64,000 nt of DNA from Lama guanicoe (GCA_013239625.1 MU054117.1:4144677-4208676); one strand, 5' to 3'. Numbered from the stretch's first letter, positions 12,390-25,922 are shown. Made by a program: numbers and translations. Notes: a model not told the origin generated them from the sequence alone.

Positions 12390-13797
12390 GACAACTGAGC
12401 AGCCTCAGCCGGGTCCCTCTGTGCCAGGAGGCAAGCAGGTCATGGCCTGGGCACTGTTAGAACCTGGGAGGCCAGTGGCAGGTGGGAATCCAATTGCCAG
12501 TTCATCCCTGTCTTCCGGGACACCTTGTCTGCCTTGATTTCCTGAGACAAAGAGTACAACCACTACAGCGGACGGAGGTCTTCTACCAATCTGGAAGCAA
12601 CTGAAGCCAAACCCTGCTCTGGTCAGGGCAGGACAGCGTGTAATTCCTCCCACTGTTTGGTGATTTTGCTGCTAAAATCACAGAAAAATAGGCTCTGGCT
12701 CCGGGCCTGCCCTCCTGAGGTCCAGCCTGCTGACTCTGCTCCCTCTGGCTCCAGGACAGTTTGCTGCTTCATTTCTGTTTCCCAGCAGGGCGGCTATGGC
12801 CTCCCTGGGTCCCGAGACTGCTCTCTCCTCCCTTACCCCAATCCCAGCCGTTCTACCGTGTGCCCTGACTGGCTTTGGACTTCAGACGGCCCCTCTCCAC
12901 CCACTCTCTGAAGGGAGGGTGGTAGTGGAAAAATGGGTCTCAGACCGGCTGTCCCTAACCACGCGGGAGAGCCCAGGGCCGCCAAGTCATCGTCCCTCTC
13001 CAGACCTCGCCTGTAGAAGGAGGAAGCTGGGCTGAAGCCATCAGTGCCCTCGACTAGTACCACAGGCACAAATCCTTATTCTCTAACCTCGTCTAGAACA
13101 TCACGCAGACCTCAGACTGTGGCCTTGGGGGTTAGAACACATCCAAGCCCAGGACCGTGGCCTCCACGGCTTGACGTGATCTGGGTACCAGCCCCTCTGG
13201 AGCCACGCTTCCCACCATTCAATCCCTTCTCACTCCATCTCAGCCCCACTGGCTTCTTTCTTGTTCCCTGAACATGACAAGCCAGTTTCCGCCTCAAGAA
13301 CTTGGTAAGATTCCTCACCTGTACCTCTTTACCCCGCTGGGTGCCCTGCTCGCTCACCCTTCTGTCCTCAGTTCTAGCAGCGCCCCTCCATGAGCTCTTC
13401 CCTGACGCCCCAGTCCATCCCCGGGCCCTTGGCATTCTCTCCCACGACCACTGCTCTCTGAAGTTATCTCATATATTTACTTATCTCCTCTCCATCTCCT
13501 TTAGGAAAACGTAAGCTCCATGAAGAGGGCAGGCGGACTCTGGGTCTGGGTCACTGCTGGATCTCCAGTGCAGAGACCAGCCTGGCTCGTGGAATTCATC
13601 TGCACGCGTGACGCGGGGGTGCCTGTCAGTTTGGAAACAGCAGTCTAGCTCATCTCGGTGGCGCTCAGCGTGCTAAGGATAGGGCGGAGGGTTTAGTCTC
13701 CGGTGGGCCAAGTCTAGCTTCATAGAGGAAGAGCCCGCAGAATGATGCTTTGCCACCGCCTCAGGCTACACACCGGCGCCAAAACCTGAGGGGAGAA

Positions 13798-14353
13798 GTA
13801 CTCCTCGTATATACAACACATCTTCTTTATCCAGTAATCTGGCGATGGACACTTAGGTTGCTCCCATGTCTTGGCTGCTGTAAATACTACTCCGCCATAA
13901 AAAGAATGAAATAATGCCATTTGCAGCAACATGGGTGGACCTAGAGAGGATCATACTAAGTGAAGTAAGTCAGGCAGAGAAAGGTGAATACACGGTATCG
14001 CTTATATGTGGAACCTTAAAAAAATGGCACAAATGAACTTATTCGTAAAACAGAAACAGACTCATAGACATAGAAAACAAACCATGGTTACCAGGAGGAG
14101 TCGGGGAGAGACAAACTAGGAGTCTGGGATCTGCAGATACTAACCACTCTGCATAACAAAGATAAACAACAAGGTCCTACTGTTTAGCACAGGGAACTAT
14201 ATTCAGTATCTTGTAATGATGTACAATGATGAAGAATATGAAAAAGAATATATATGTTTGCATAAGTGAATCTGCATGCTATATACCAGAAACTAACACA
14301 ACGTTATAAACCAACTGCATTTCAACTCAAGAAAATTTCAAAAATAAATTTAA
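13798..14353 (+). mobile_element. 5'-truncated L1 3' end with 5' inversion and TSD
   Basis: 13798-~13885 is antisense L1 sequence. ~13886-14353 is sense ORF2 end, 3' UTR and A-rich tail. Flanked by AAAACCTGAGGGGAGAA and AAAACCTAAGGGGAAAA. Confidence 0.88.
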
Positions 14354-16942
14354 AAAACCTAAGGGGAAAATGCAAAAGGTTCACGGTAACCTCTCAACAT
14401 TTTAAGAAAAATAGTCAAGCACACACGGATGTGCCAATAAGGACAGCGTTTTGCAAGGAAAACAACGCAGGGGTGAGTGTTAGCCTGAGTGGTACCCAGC
14501 TGTGCTCCGGTCCACCCTCCTGCCTGGAGGCAAGGAGGCCACACCGCCCAGTGCTCATTAGGAAGAACTTGTGACAGAGATCCTGCAGCCACACTTCGCT
14601 CCTTCTCCTGTGTCCTAGCCTTTTAGGTCCCACATTGTTTCTCAGTCTAACCTATAAGCCTCCAGCTTCAATTTGGGGCCGTTTCCTTCTGTTCTAGTCC
14701 ACAGAATGGAAAACTGACCTGTAGAACGTTTGTTTACAAACCTGAAGTTGTTCGTGAACCCCCCACCCCTTACTCTTTCTTCAGGCTCAATACTTGTCAT
14801 TCCTATTTTTTTTCCCTAGACAAATATGGAAGGAAATCAGTGGCTTTGCACCCCTGTCTGAATCTCCTCCCTCTTTACCCTGATGATGCTGTGAGGGGTC
14901 CCCACCCCTAACTGTGCTGGGGGTGACTGAGGGGGACTGGGGAAGCAGGTCCTGAGCCCTGGACAACGGGAGGAAGAGAGCTGGTGGCTCAGCTCCCAGG
15001 AGAGGCTCAAACCACAGAGGAGACAGGTTGTCGCCGTGCAAGGGTGAGGTCAGAATGGGAGCTCCCAGGGCAAGGTCACTGACTCCCACGTCGGCTGATC
15101 ATCAGAATCACTTAGGGGGCTTCTCAAAATACACTGATTCCCGGCCCTGCCCCAGACCTACTAAACCAGAGTCCTGCAGGGGAAAGAATCTGTTTCTGAG
15201 AACGCTTCTTGGGTGACGCTGTAGCTCAGCCCAACACGGGAAGCACCGTTCTTCGAGACTCACCCCTCCCTCGCTGGGTTTGCTCCGGGGCCTGTATTCC
15301 TGCGGCTTGTGCCCCGTGAACAGATCCTCAGAGAGGAGCTCACGGGCTGGAAACAAGCTTGGAGACAATTCCCTCACGCACGGCGTCCGCACAGAACGCG
15401 TCACGTCAGCGGCACGGCTGGCCCAGCCATGCCCCTTCCCCGCCTCTCTCCACACCTCCCCGCCCCGCAAGCTGACTGGAGAGCTAGAGCAGCACTCATC
15501 AAACTTCAGTCCAGGGGTAACTCTCAGGTCCCCTGTGCTGTCCCCGTGCTCATGGAGAAGGAAGGCGAGAGCTGCGGGTGGGAGCTCTGCCTGGTCCCCG
15601 GCCGCGCTGTGATTCTCCAACCGAGCGCTTGACCTGTCACAGAAGCCTGGACTGCATCTCACTATCTTAATTTATGCAGCTGCCTTACAGTTCATGAAAG
15701 TATTTAAAATTCCCTGCTATGCGCAGAGCACCATTCAGAGTATGTATTACGAGATGGTCACTGTCCTCCATTCGAAAGCAGAGGTGTGAAAAAAAATGAC
15801 ATTTGGAAATGTGTTGGTAACTTTTACTTATAGTCTGTGCCCTCTGAAAGATTCCACGAGCAAATGAATAAATGGTGACTCTCGCTAATGTCCACGCGCT
15901 CCGGGCAGGAGAGAGAGGATGCTTTGTCACTGTTCTGTTACTGCATCCGCCAGAGTTGGCTTCAGGCAGGGCCAGAGCCGGCACTGTAACAGCACCGTTA
16001 GATGACAGCATTTGGTTTTCACTAGGACTGCATGAGAAATGAATCTTCAGCAACTTGCAACAACAGCAAACTGGCAAGAAGACACTGTAATTAACGTTCA
16101 CCACGGCGTTCGGGAGCACTGAACTCGGCCAGCCTAGACTGTTGGTTGGTTGGTTTCAGATTTTGTTAACTAACCCAGAATAGAGGTGAGCTGCTCCTCC
16201 TCTTCGTTACAAAGATGGGCCGGAACACGCGAGAAGGGGCCCCAGCAAGGAAAATGGGGTGAGACGTGGGGAAGCGTTTCCAAGATCTCCCCCAAACCTG
16301 GGGTCCCCAGTCCAGGGAGGTGGCCTCTGTCATGCTTCAGGAGAACAGTCGTCTCCAAAGTGGGCGCAGGCATGTCCCAGAGACACAGCCAGAGCCACGA
16401 TAACACACACCGGTCAGCACCCTGTTCTGAAATTAGTCTGTGAAATAACCCAGGAAAGGGGTCGCTCAGCCCACACACGCCGCAGGGGAGGGGACACCCT
16501 GCCCCTGCCACGCTCGCCTTTTCTTTGGGTTTGGGGCTCTCCAAGGCCAGGAGTCCGCTCTGTCCTGCTAGGCTGAGGACATCCTGCACAGAGCCACAGG
16601 ACACTGACACAGGCAGTCCCTGGCACACTCAGCTCCAGCTGGGCATGGGTCTCAGCTCATCAGGCCTGACCCAGAGAAGGAAGTGGCACCAAAGAGGACG
16701 ACAAACCCAGAAAGGAGGGAAAATGGAGGCAGACGGTGGCTCTGTGGCTGAGCTGGTCACACGTGGTCTCTGCCCCACTTTCTCTTTTGTCGCTGTCGCC
16801 CCAAGGACAAGGGCCCAGGCAGGATGAGGCTCTGCACAGAGAGGGCTCCTGAGCGGACTCAGCATGGGCAGGTCCTCGTGCGGGAGGGCAGCTGGCCCTC
16901 CAGGAGTCCAAACTCAGGCCCTGAGCGGCTGCTGCGAGTGCT

Positions 16943-17010
16943 CACCCGCCACGCCCCGTGGGAGGAAGGGGAGGCCCACCCGCCACGCCCCGTGGGAGGA
17001 AGGGGAGGGC
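16943..17010. repeat. 34-bp tandem duplication (2 copies)
   Basis: CACCCGCCACGCCCCGTGGGAGGAAGGGGAGG(C/G)C starts at 16943 and at 16977. Confidence 0.95.
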
Positions 17011-17579
17011 CCAGGCTGGCGCTGACAGCACAACCCCTGCCCTGCTCCCCCTCCAGAACTCATCCCGCCCCCTCTCCATTCACAGACCTCGTCATCAGCC
17101 CCTCGGCTCCCTGGTCAACATCAAGTCCAGACGATTTATTTTTGACCTTTGAGACTGGTTACAATATGTTAACAGGTAGGTGGCGTCAGCCCTCTCAGAT
17201 GCCAGAGTGCAGTGGCCCTACCTGCCCAGACAACTGAGAAGGGGCCCTGACAAGCCCCGTTGCAATGATTTTATAAACATCTACTGTGTTCCAGCCTCTG
17301 TGCTCCAGGACTCTGAGCGCTGTGACAGGGACAGATGGGTAAGCAGTCACAGTGCGGGGGAGTAGTTGCTGGGATGCGGCCACACCCAGCTGCTGTGGAA
17401 GCCTGGTGGACAAGCTCCTAACTCTGCGTCTTCAGAAAAGACACAGGAGATGCATGCACGGGTGCTTGTGTACATGTGCGGGCATGTGCACATGCACACA
17501 CACACAACCATGCTTGGTGGTCTGGGTGTGCCCCGGAACTGTGACTCTACCTGGCTAAGGCAGTGGTCCAAGACTCGTT

Positions 17580-17805
17580 GTTCCATCCATCTCCTCATCC
17601 ATCCATCCATCCATCCATCCATCCATCCCTTGATCTGTCCATCCTTTCATCCATCCATTCCTCCCCTCATCCATCTTTCCCTTCATCCATCCACCACTCC
17701 ATCCATCCATCCACCCCCTCATCTATCCATCCATCCATCTCTTGATCTGTCCATCCTTTCATCCATCCATCCCTTCATCTATTCCTCCCCTCATCCATCC
17801 ATCCT
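17580..17805. repeat. Degenerate (TCCA)n tetranucleotide repeat
   Basis: Directly visible ccatccatccat runs, with the block cttgatctgtccatcctttcatccatcca occurring twice. Confidence 0.95.
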
Positions 17806-19984
17806 TTACTGTGTGTTTATTATGTCATATGCACTTTTCAAGATCCTTTATGTATCTGATCTCATTTATTCCTCCCAACAACTTTGTGAGATAGGAATTG
17901 TTAGTGGTATCTCATACCCAAGGAAATCAGGACCCAGGAAGGCAGGCTACTTGACCAGGGTTATGCTAGTGCTTTAGTAAGGGGCTGGGCTGGGATTTTA
18001 ATCCAAACCTGAATAATTCCAACCTGATGCTCTTTTTAGCTCCTCTGCGTTCCCCACACTGTGTTCTTCAAAACACAGAATCTCCCAGGTGCTCACAGGT
18101 GTTCCCCACAGACCACCCCCTCTCCTTCAGGAAGCGTCATACACCAACGCACACCAGAGGATCCGCGAAGTCCTGTGGCGTCTCCATGTCACCCGGCACT
18201 CACAGATCAAGTGATCACAGAACTCCTTTGGTCGCAAACTACCCAGTTCCACAGCAGTTGGAGAAAAGTCACTTTCCCCCCTGACCTGATCCAGGATCAC
18301 GATCCAGGCCTCCTGCCGCCAGCAAGGGACTGTTTCCTTCTGCCAGCAAACAATGACTTGACCTTAAAGCCAATCAATAAGCAGGGATGTTCAGGGACGT
18401 TCTCCTTCCACAGACCCTTCACGTCTGCACGTCTCCACGCAGCCCAGAGGGCAAGGGGGCGGGGAGACCTCGCGGAAGTGACGGGTTCAGTCTGCAGGTC
18501 AGTGCTGAGCGTATCATACTGGAACCTTCTCACGCCGTCTCCCGGCTCTGAGCCTTACACTGTCCCCGGCCAGGGCGAGAGCCCACCCGCATCTGCGTGG
18601 TGACTCTAGACTCACCCCGCCCAGCGCAGACCCTGCTGCAGGGCTGCCAAGACTACGGCCTTGCTTTCTACACTCGGCCTCCCCATCTCCAGCTTTGGCT
18701 TCGGGAGAATACCTATGTGGACTTCTTCCTCAAGCTTCTCTCTCCATCCTTCTCACAGTTCTCTTTCTGAAAAAAGACACAAACAGGTAGGACCGACTCC
18801 ATACTCAGAAGGGATTTTACTCGCTGCCCCAGAAAGCGGGACCGGGCCCTGCACCTCCCCGCGTGGGGCCAGGAACCAGGGGCCAAGGGTGACACAGCGG
18901 CGTGTCCGCCTGGGGGAACGCCGCCACCCCACGGCCGCTCCACATCCCCAGCCCCCCAGCTGCACCCTGGGAGTCCACGCACATCCTCTCCCTGGGCTCC
19001 AGGCCCTGACTCACTGCAGTGTGGGAAGTCACTGCCCGGGAATCTGCAGCCTCAGCTGCTCCCACCAGGCCCGCTGCTCTGCGCCACAGGGTACGGCCAC
19101 CTCCTTGTCGCGGCGGGAGGGTGTTTTTTCCAGTGAACTGAAGTCATCTCAAATGTTTAACTCCCAGAAGCGGCTGGAGCTGGCTTCCAGAATGTGCACA
19201 GGGCATCTCTTAACTTACTGAGCAAAATGCACAGCTTCACACCAGAGCTTGTGTCCGCCCCGGCCTCACCGCCAACCTTCCGTCCCCGGGGCCTGGGCAG
19301 AGGGCAGCCAGGGCCGTCTGGGATCCCACACCAGCCAGATCAGAATGTGCAGGTGATGTTTTGCATCTTGATAGTTTCGGATACAGAAAGAGTTCAGTGA
19401 AGGTTGAAGCTGAGAAGGAGAAGGGAAATCCACTCCCCTGAAAATCGGAGGCAACTCAGAGGAAAGCTAGGAGGACAAGAAACGCCTGACGGAGTCAGGA
19501 GGCCGTCTCTCTGCCCCTCTCCTCCTCGCCCTGCTCTGCGTCCTTGTTCACCACGCAGTCAGTAAACACGGATGGGAGAGAAGGATGGGAGGCCCAAGGG
19601 AAGGGAACAGCCTCACGGCCTCCTGTCTGGGGCACCTCTGCTGTCCTCCTCTCTTGCGTCTGGGGCGGAGAACCACAGGTGCCACCCCAGGGCTGCCCTA
19701 GAGTCGCAGGGTCACCGTCACCACCGGTCTGTTAAGGATGCGCTCTTGCAGTGGGCTTCTAGCCCCCGCCCTGCAATTTACCTGCTTGTGTGACCATTCA
19801 GGAGCCAGAAGGAAAAAAAAATTGTTGAAATTCCTCACTATCACATTTTACCTTGAAAAGTAAAATGATTTTCAGAACTACGCTCATTACTACATCCATC
19901 TCCTTTTTACCCTCGAAGTTTCCAGTCCCCCAGTCCCAAAACTGGCCACTGATGCGTTTTCAAAGGAAGACCCTTTGGCGGTTG

Positions 19985-20610
19985 TGTAGCAAAGAATTAA
20001 ACTTCAGCCAAAGAGAGGTCTGGCCTTTGCCCTCAGCTACCGAGAGGTGATCTCCAGGCCCTCACAATGCCACGTCGATGGGAGGGCCTTTGTTTGCCTG
20101 GGGGGTCTGGGCACCAGAGAGCCCAACAATGTGACGTATGCCGAGGTCTTTGCGCTGCGCAGCGTTAGTTCTCCCCCCGGACAGGCTGGAGACTACGGAT
20201 CAGCCTTGCAGATGGTACGTGATTAATTAAGCCTCAATCAAAACCCCGGACGCTGAAGCTCGGGGTGTTTCCGCGCTCAGCAGTACTCCGCATCGTCACA
20301 CATCGCTGCCGAGAAAGTGACACTGTCCTGGCTCCACGCGGAGAGGACACTGGAGTTCTGTGCATGGTGCTTTCTTGAACTCCACCCCGTGCACCTCTTC
20401 CTCAGCTGATTTCGGCCTGTATCCCTTCTCCGTAATAAACCAGAACTGTGAGTGTCCCAGCTTCCGGTGAGCTCTGCGAACACTTCTAGCAAGTTCCCAA
20501 GCCTAAAGGTGGCCTCGCGGACCCCCGAGCCTGCAGTCGGGGTCAGAAGTGAGAGTGGTCTTGTGCAGATCGGGCCTCCTCACTTTGCAGCCGGCTGACT
20601 CTTCCCAGTT
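19985..20610 (+). mobile_element. ERVL solo LTR (MER21C/MER77-like)
   Basis: Begins tgtagcaaagaattaaacttcagccaaagagaggtctggcctttgccctc and has an internal aataaaccagaactgtgagt poly(A) region, as recalled for the MER21 group. Confidence 0.7.
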
Positions 20611-23600
20611 GGCCTCAGCGCTCTAGGAGGCTGACGTTAACAGATCAGCAGATGGCCTTTCTTGACCTAGTGGCCTGTTAAACTGATCTAAGGAGGACTC
20701 TTAGTTCATGAAACGATTACACAGCTCTCCTTTAATCTAGCAGTCAGCGCGCAGAACTGTGGAACTGCAAGCAGAAACTGCCGCGGTGCCAGGGTTGCCA
20801 TTTTTGGAAGTGTCGGTGGTCCTTACCGGAGGCAGCAGCTAGGAGTCAGCCAGCCGTCCTCCACGCACCCTCTGCGCTGACACACACTCATTGCTCTCCG
20901 TCCTTTTTGATTATCTGTGTGTCCTGGTGCCTGTGACCCTGGGGGCTCCCTGGGGGCCGCGACCGTTTCTTACTCATCTTCCACTTCCTGGAGATGGAGG
21001 CACACAGTAACCACGTGTCTGATGAGCTGAACGGGTCCGGCTGGGCCTTGGAAGACAGTAAGCAGCTGTGTCCGTGGGTATGTGGTTCTTCCAGTCTCAT
21101 AAACAGGCTCTCTGTCCACAGTGCACCCACGTAAAAGTTCACAAGCCTCCCGTTCCTCCCTAAGAAGGTTTCCGGAAGCAGAAGCCAACAGAGGCAGCAG
21201 AGGACAGAGCCGCAAACTCGCGTGTGGGATTTGGGAGACCTGGGTTCCGGTGACAGCCTCACAGTCCTTGCTGGTCACGTGACCTTAGACAAGTCCTTCG
21301 ACCGAAGACTCGGTCTTCTCATCTGTGAGACAGAAATACTGTGCCCTCTGGCCACCCACAGATGTCAGGAGGTAATAATTATAAAGCTCATGCTATTCCA
21401 AGTTCCCACCCGCAGACGTCCTAAGCGTCCACGACCCGTCAGGTGCTCAGAGAGGCGCTCGCCCGCGTTGCTTCCTTCCATTAAGTCCTCATTTCTGGTG
21501 CGGAGGGCACTGATGGGGAGGGAGTCCCCGGTGGGTCCAGATGACACAAGGCTGACCATGAGCTGGTGATTACTGAAACTGGGTGAGGAAGTACGCAGGC
21601 TCATTCTACAATTTCCTCTATTTCTGCGCACGTTTTTACTGTTCTAGTAAAACATGTACTTCAAACAGTGTTCTTGGCAACAGTGTGAAGCGGGTCTGAC
21701 TCCACTCAGTCCCACTTTACTCTTGGGACCCAGAGTGAAGGGAACGTGTGGGACACTGGGGCCAGACGTGGGTCGAGGACCCAGGTTCCTACCTCCGTGC
21801 GGTCTTCCATGCCCCAAGCTCTCCATCTCTGGGGAGACAAATGTATCTGGTACCTACTCACTCAGAACCACACTTGTCCTCAGAAAGGGGCTCCTTGAAG
21901 ATTTGCTCCTACGGAGACGGATCATTGCAAAAAAAAAATGAAGAGACGAGAGAAAACAGCTGTCCACCTTTCCTCCTTGTGCCAGGGACCCCCTTCCACA
22001 CTTCATTTGAGAAATTCAAGGGATGCGACTCCTCAAAGTCACCATCCTCACCTGCAAGCATCTTCTGGGGCACCGGGAGCACCGGGCAGGCACTGCCAGA
22101 GACTCCACAGGTGTACGACACAGAGGGCCCCCCTCGGCCACTTCCTCAGACCTGTTCATGGTACGTTCTAGTGTATGAGCTGACTGTACAAAGAGACAAA
22201 GACAGCATCACAAAAGTCTTCGCCTTCAAAAGGAAGGGGCAGGCATGCACATTTGTGCGCGCACGCCAGCACGCCTGTTTGCACGGATCAGGCGGTAGAG
22301 GAAGCAGCAGAGACACAGCACATCGAAACCCCGTGCCAAGTGACTCAGCACTGCGGAGTAATGTCCACCTCAAGCAAGAGTCTAGAAATGAGCAATTTAA
22401 AAGCCAGTGCGGGAGCCCTTAGGGAAGCCATGATCAGTGTCTTAGACCAGGTGATGCCAGGTAACACCCTTAGAGTTTAGAAGTTCTATGTAATATATTC
22501 GGGATTCAGGAATTTTTTTTCTGAATATACTTTTTACACAGGTAATGTATCAAAATTCCAGTGCCTCCCTGGTGAGGCAGCCTCCTCCCATCGATGCCGC
22601 CACCTGCTCTGTTCTCACGCCGACCGCTCCATCCCTCAGCCACAAACACAATGATTAACTCGTTGACTAAGCTTACAGAACGTGTGATGAAGACAGAAGC
22701 AAGCACACACGTGTCTGCATGTTTGTCAGTGTACTTGACACAAGAGGAAGTACGCCGCACACTTTGTCCAGGACCTTCAGGGAGGCTTTGAGGAGGGCTG
22801 GGCTATCTTTGCGGTCAAGTTGGAGAAATGGGGACCGGATGGCCCCGTGCAGTGGCAGGGACGTGGCACAGAACCAGAAGCGGAATCGAGCGCTGCTGGC
22901 TCTCCGCCTGGGGTCCCTCCCCCCGCCGCCCCCATCTCCTGGAGCTGCCGTCTGCCCATGCAAGGGAGTCCTTCTGAAGCCCTGGCAGGCTTCTCCGAAG
23001 CAGTTTGTCCTCTTAAGTAGTTTAAAATCTCCCTGGCGATCTTGCACTCATCGCTCATTCGCCCAGGAAAACACCGTTTTCTCATAGATCATGCAAAGGT
23101 AAACTGCAAGGCCTCTGCTCTTTAAATGACTAAACAACCTAACTGCGCGAAAGCCCCAGCCCAGGACTTGGCACACAGTAGCCACTCCGCAAAATAAACA
23201 TTAGCGGACTCTGAACGACCACTCAACTCCAGCGCGAGGGAACCTGGACAAGCGGGATGAGTCATGAAGAGGCAGGAAACCGGCCTCCCTCAGAGCCAGC
23301 CCGGCGCTGGTTCACTTGGAGAGCAGGAAGCTTTTCTAAGCCGGGGTCTCGTCCTCCTCTCCTGCCAGAGAAGCAGAAACCCCAGTGTTCTCTGTATCTA
23401 ACCTTCACTTGGGGATCACGTGATTCTCGTGGCCACGTTCGGTCACTGACAGAGCTGACTGGAAGAGCGAGTGGTCGAGTGGGGGTGAAGTGGCAAAGCC
23501 AGGCCCAGGGAAGGGAAGGGCCGCCCTCTCCCGGGACACCTCCGCTGCCCCCTCCCACTTCTCAGGGACAGCCGTGGCCCCTGACACGCCGTCCCCAACC

Positions 23601-24269
23601 ACAGCAACTCTGGTCTGTGGTCAGACTGATCTGGGAAGTCACATTTCTCAAGCACTGGCTTTAGTCAGATGCAAAAGGTGACCCCCTGGAGAAAAAAGCA
23701 ACAGTGACAGAGATTCCAAAAGTGAGGGACTCCCCGCGAAGGAGCTGCTGCCTTAGACGCAGGCCACCACGCTCCACTCACTGGTGCAGAGCCTTGTAAA
23801 TCTGCTGCCGCTAGTGGACCAAGAAAAGGAAAGGAAAGGAACACTGCCCTGGGCCGGGGACTCTGCGAACTGATTTGCAAGGTGTGTGTCTTCTCCAGGC
23901 CCCCACCTCCACCCCCACCCCCTGCCCACAGAATCTCAGTTCAAGTCCCCAAAGAGTGAACTGGGCTGTCACCCTGATCTTCCCTCAGGGAGCCAACCCA
24001 GTCATTACCTCCACACGAACATGCCAACCCTCGCCGCATACACAATCCTGGAAAGTCTCTCCCGGCCACAGCACTGACAGAACCTCACAGCTCTGGCAAA
24101 AGCCCCAGCTCGAAAACAGAAGATAGCAGAAGAGGGGCCCCCAGCTCCCCACTCTTCCTGAGTGTGGTGGCCCCCTCTTCCTAGAAGGACCCTCCTCCCG
24201 GCAACAAGTGCAGAGCTCTGTTGACACATAGCTGCCAGCCACGTCCATTAATGCTAGGCCACCTTGAGT

Positions 24270-24460
24270 GAGTGGTTACGAGTGCTGGGTTTGAATCCCG
24301 GCTCTAAAACCTGACTTAGGGTCATTATTTCAGCTCTTTAAGCCTCAGTTTCCTCATCTCTGCCTCCTGGGGGAGTCATAAGGAATAAGAGAAATTATCC
24401 TTGCAAAATGTTTAGCAGAGTGTCTGGCCGATTGCTAGTGCTGGATAAATATTACTTATT
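24270..24460. mobile_element. MIR SINE (representative; similar remnants near 3200, 4400, 7100, 10850, 17850, 21250, 36700, 55550 and 59950)
   Basis: Core gggtttgaatcccggctct...agcctcagtttcctcatct...aaaatgtttagcagagtgtctggc. Confidence 0.7.
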
Positions 24461-24687
24461 TGTCATCATCATTATGGCTCCTAGGAGCCCACAGCCTCTG
24501 TTCAGAAGAGAACACCACTGCCAACCCAACTGCCAGCTGCGTCAGGCTTGAACTCTGCTCACTGCCTTTTAATTGTCTCCCTCCAGGCTTCCTCCCGCAT
24601 TGTGTTCTCACCCTTATTTACTCTGTTCCTCATCAGCCACCTTCCCAGTGTCTGGAAGTGTGTCTGCCCACCAGCTCTTGTTCTTTA

Positions 24688-25223
24688 ATCACCATCATCA
24701 CCATCACCACCGCCACCATCATCACCACCACCACCATCACCATCATCCTCATCACCATCATCACCATCACCGTCACCATCACCATATTTATCATCGTCAT
24801 CACCATCATCACCATCATTATCACTATCACCATCATCCTCACCACCATCTCCTCCATCACCACCATCATCGTCACCACCATCATCCTCATCATCACCATC
24901 ATCCTCACCACCATCATCACCATCACCGTCACCATCACCACCACCACTATCATCATCACCGCCACCATCACCATATTTATCATCGTCATCACCACCATCA
25001 CCATCATTATCACCATCACCATCATCCTCACCATCATCCTCATCACCACCATCATCCTCACCACCATCATCCTCATCATCACCATCATCCTCACCATCAT
25101 CCTCATCATCATCATCATCCTCACCACCATCATCCTCATCATCACCATCATCCTCATCATCACCATCATCCTCACCACCATCATCCTCATCATCACCATC
25201 ACCATCACCGACATCATCATCAC
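24688..25223. repeat. Long compound (ATC/ACC)n trinucleotide repeat, ~535 bp
   Basis: Directly visible. It produces the spurious poly-His, poly-Ile/Thr, poly-Asp/Gly and poly-Met/Val ORFs. Confidence 0.97.
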
Positions 25224-25922
25224 AGTAACAAAAACAGGGACAGTCTGTGGGGGACATCTGCCTGTGCTGGGCACTGTGAAGGGCTTCTCACCCAGTCTTC
25301 CTCAGACTCATCCCACTCACTTCTACCAGCCCTGTGAGACGGGAGTCGATGCTCCAGCTTTAAAGCTCAGGGACAGACGGCAGAGCTGCTCAAGGTTACT
25401 CTGCAATCCTCCTAGAAGGGTGTGTCTGCTGCATCTACTCTCATAGTCTCAAAACCACAACAGTTCCATCAGCAGACCCAGGATGCCACAGAACTCCAAG
25501 AAAGTCACTTCCCCTGTCTGCCCATTTCTGTAAAGGTGGAGGCGGGGGTCAGGGATGTGTAAGGCTGGTCCCTTCCACTTCTCACCTTGGCTATAACCGT
25601 TATGGATTTGGTGACTTTGGTTCCAGGGACATCAAGGTCTCAGCACAGAAGAACCAGGCTGAGGCAGGGCACTGAGGTGGAATCAGCTTCCCGCCAGGAT
25701 GAGGCCAGAGCAGGGTGTCTCTGGAGAGAAGCTCCGTAAGGACAGCCTTTGGAGGTGGGACCAGGCACAAAGGAGACTCGAGGGCTGAGAAGTCCTGACC
25801 CCGTCCGTTTTCCCACTCACATCCCTGGGAATGATCGAGAAGCGCAAGTCCCACTAAAGGTTAATGAGCAAATTCCCTTCTGCTCTTGGGGTCACTTCCA
25901 CCCGGGAGGAAATTTACTCTCT

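Noticed and set aside
17580..17805. NOVA YCAY cluster
   Set aside because: The CCAT repeats are on the antisense strand (the ANO2 pre-mRNA reads GGAU) and are far from any exon.
24460..25446. Long ORFs of 328, 254, 213 and 190 aa (poly-Ile/Thr, poly-His, poly-Met/Val, poly-Asp/Gly)
   Set aside because: All are translations of the ATC/ACC triplet repeat, which lacks stop codons. There is no sign of a real gene.
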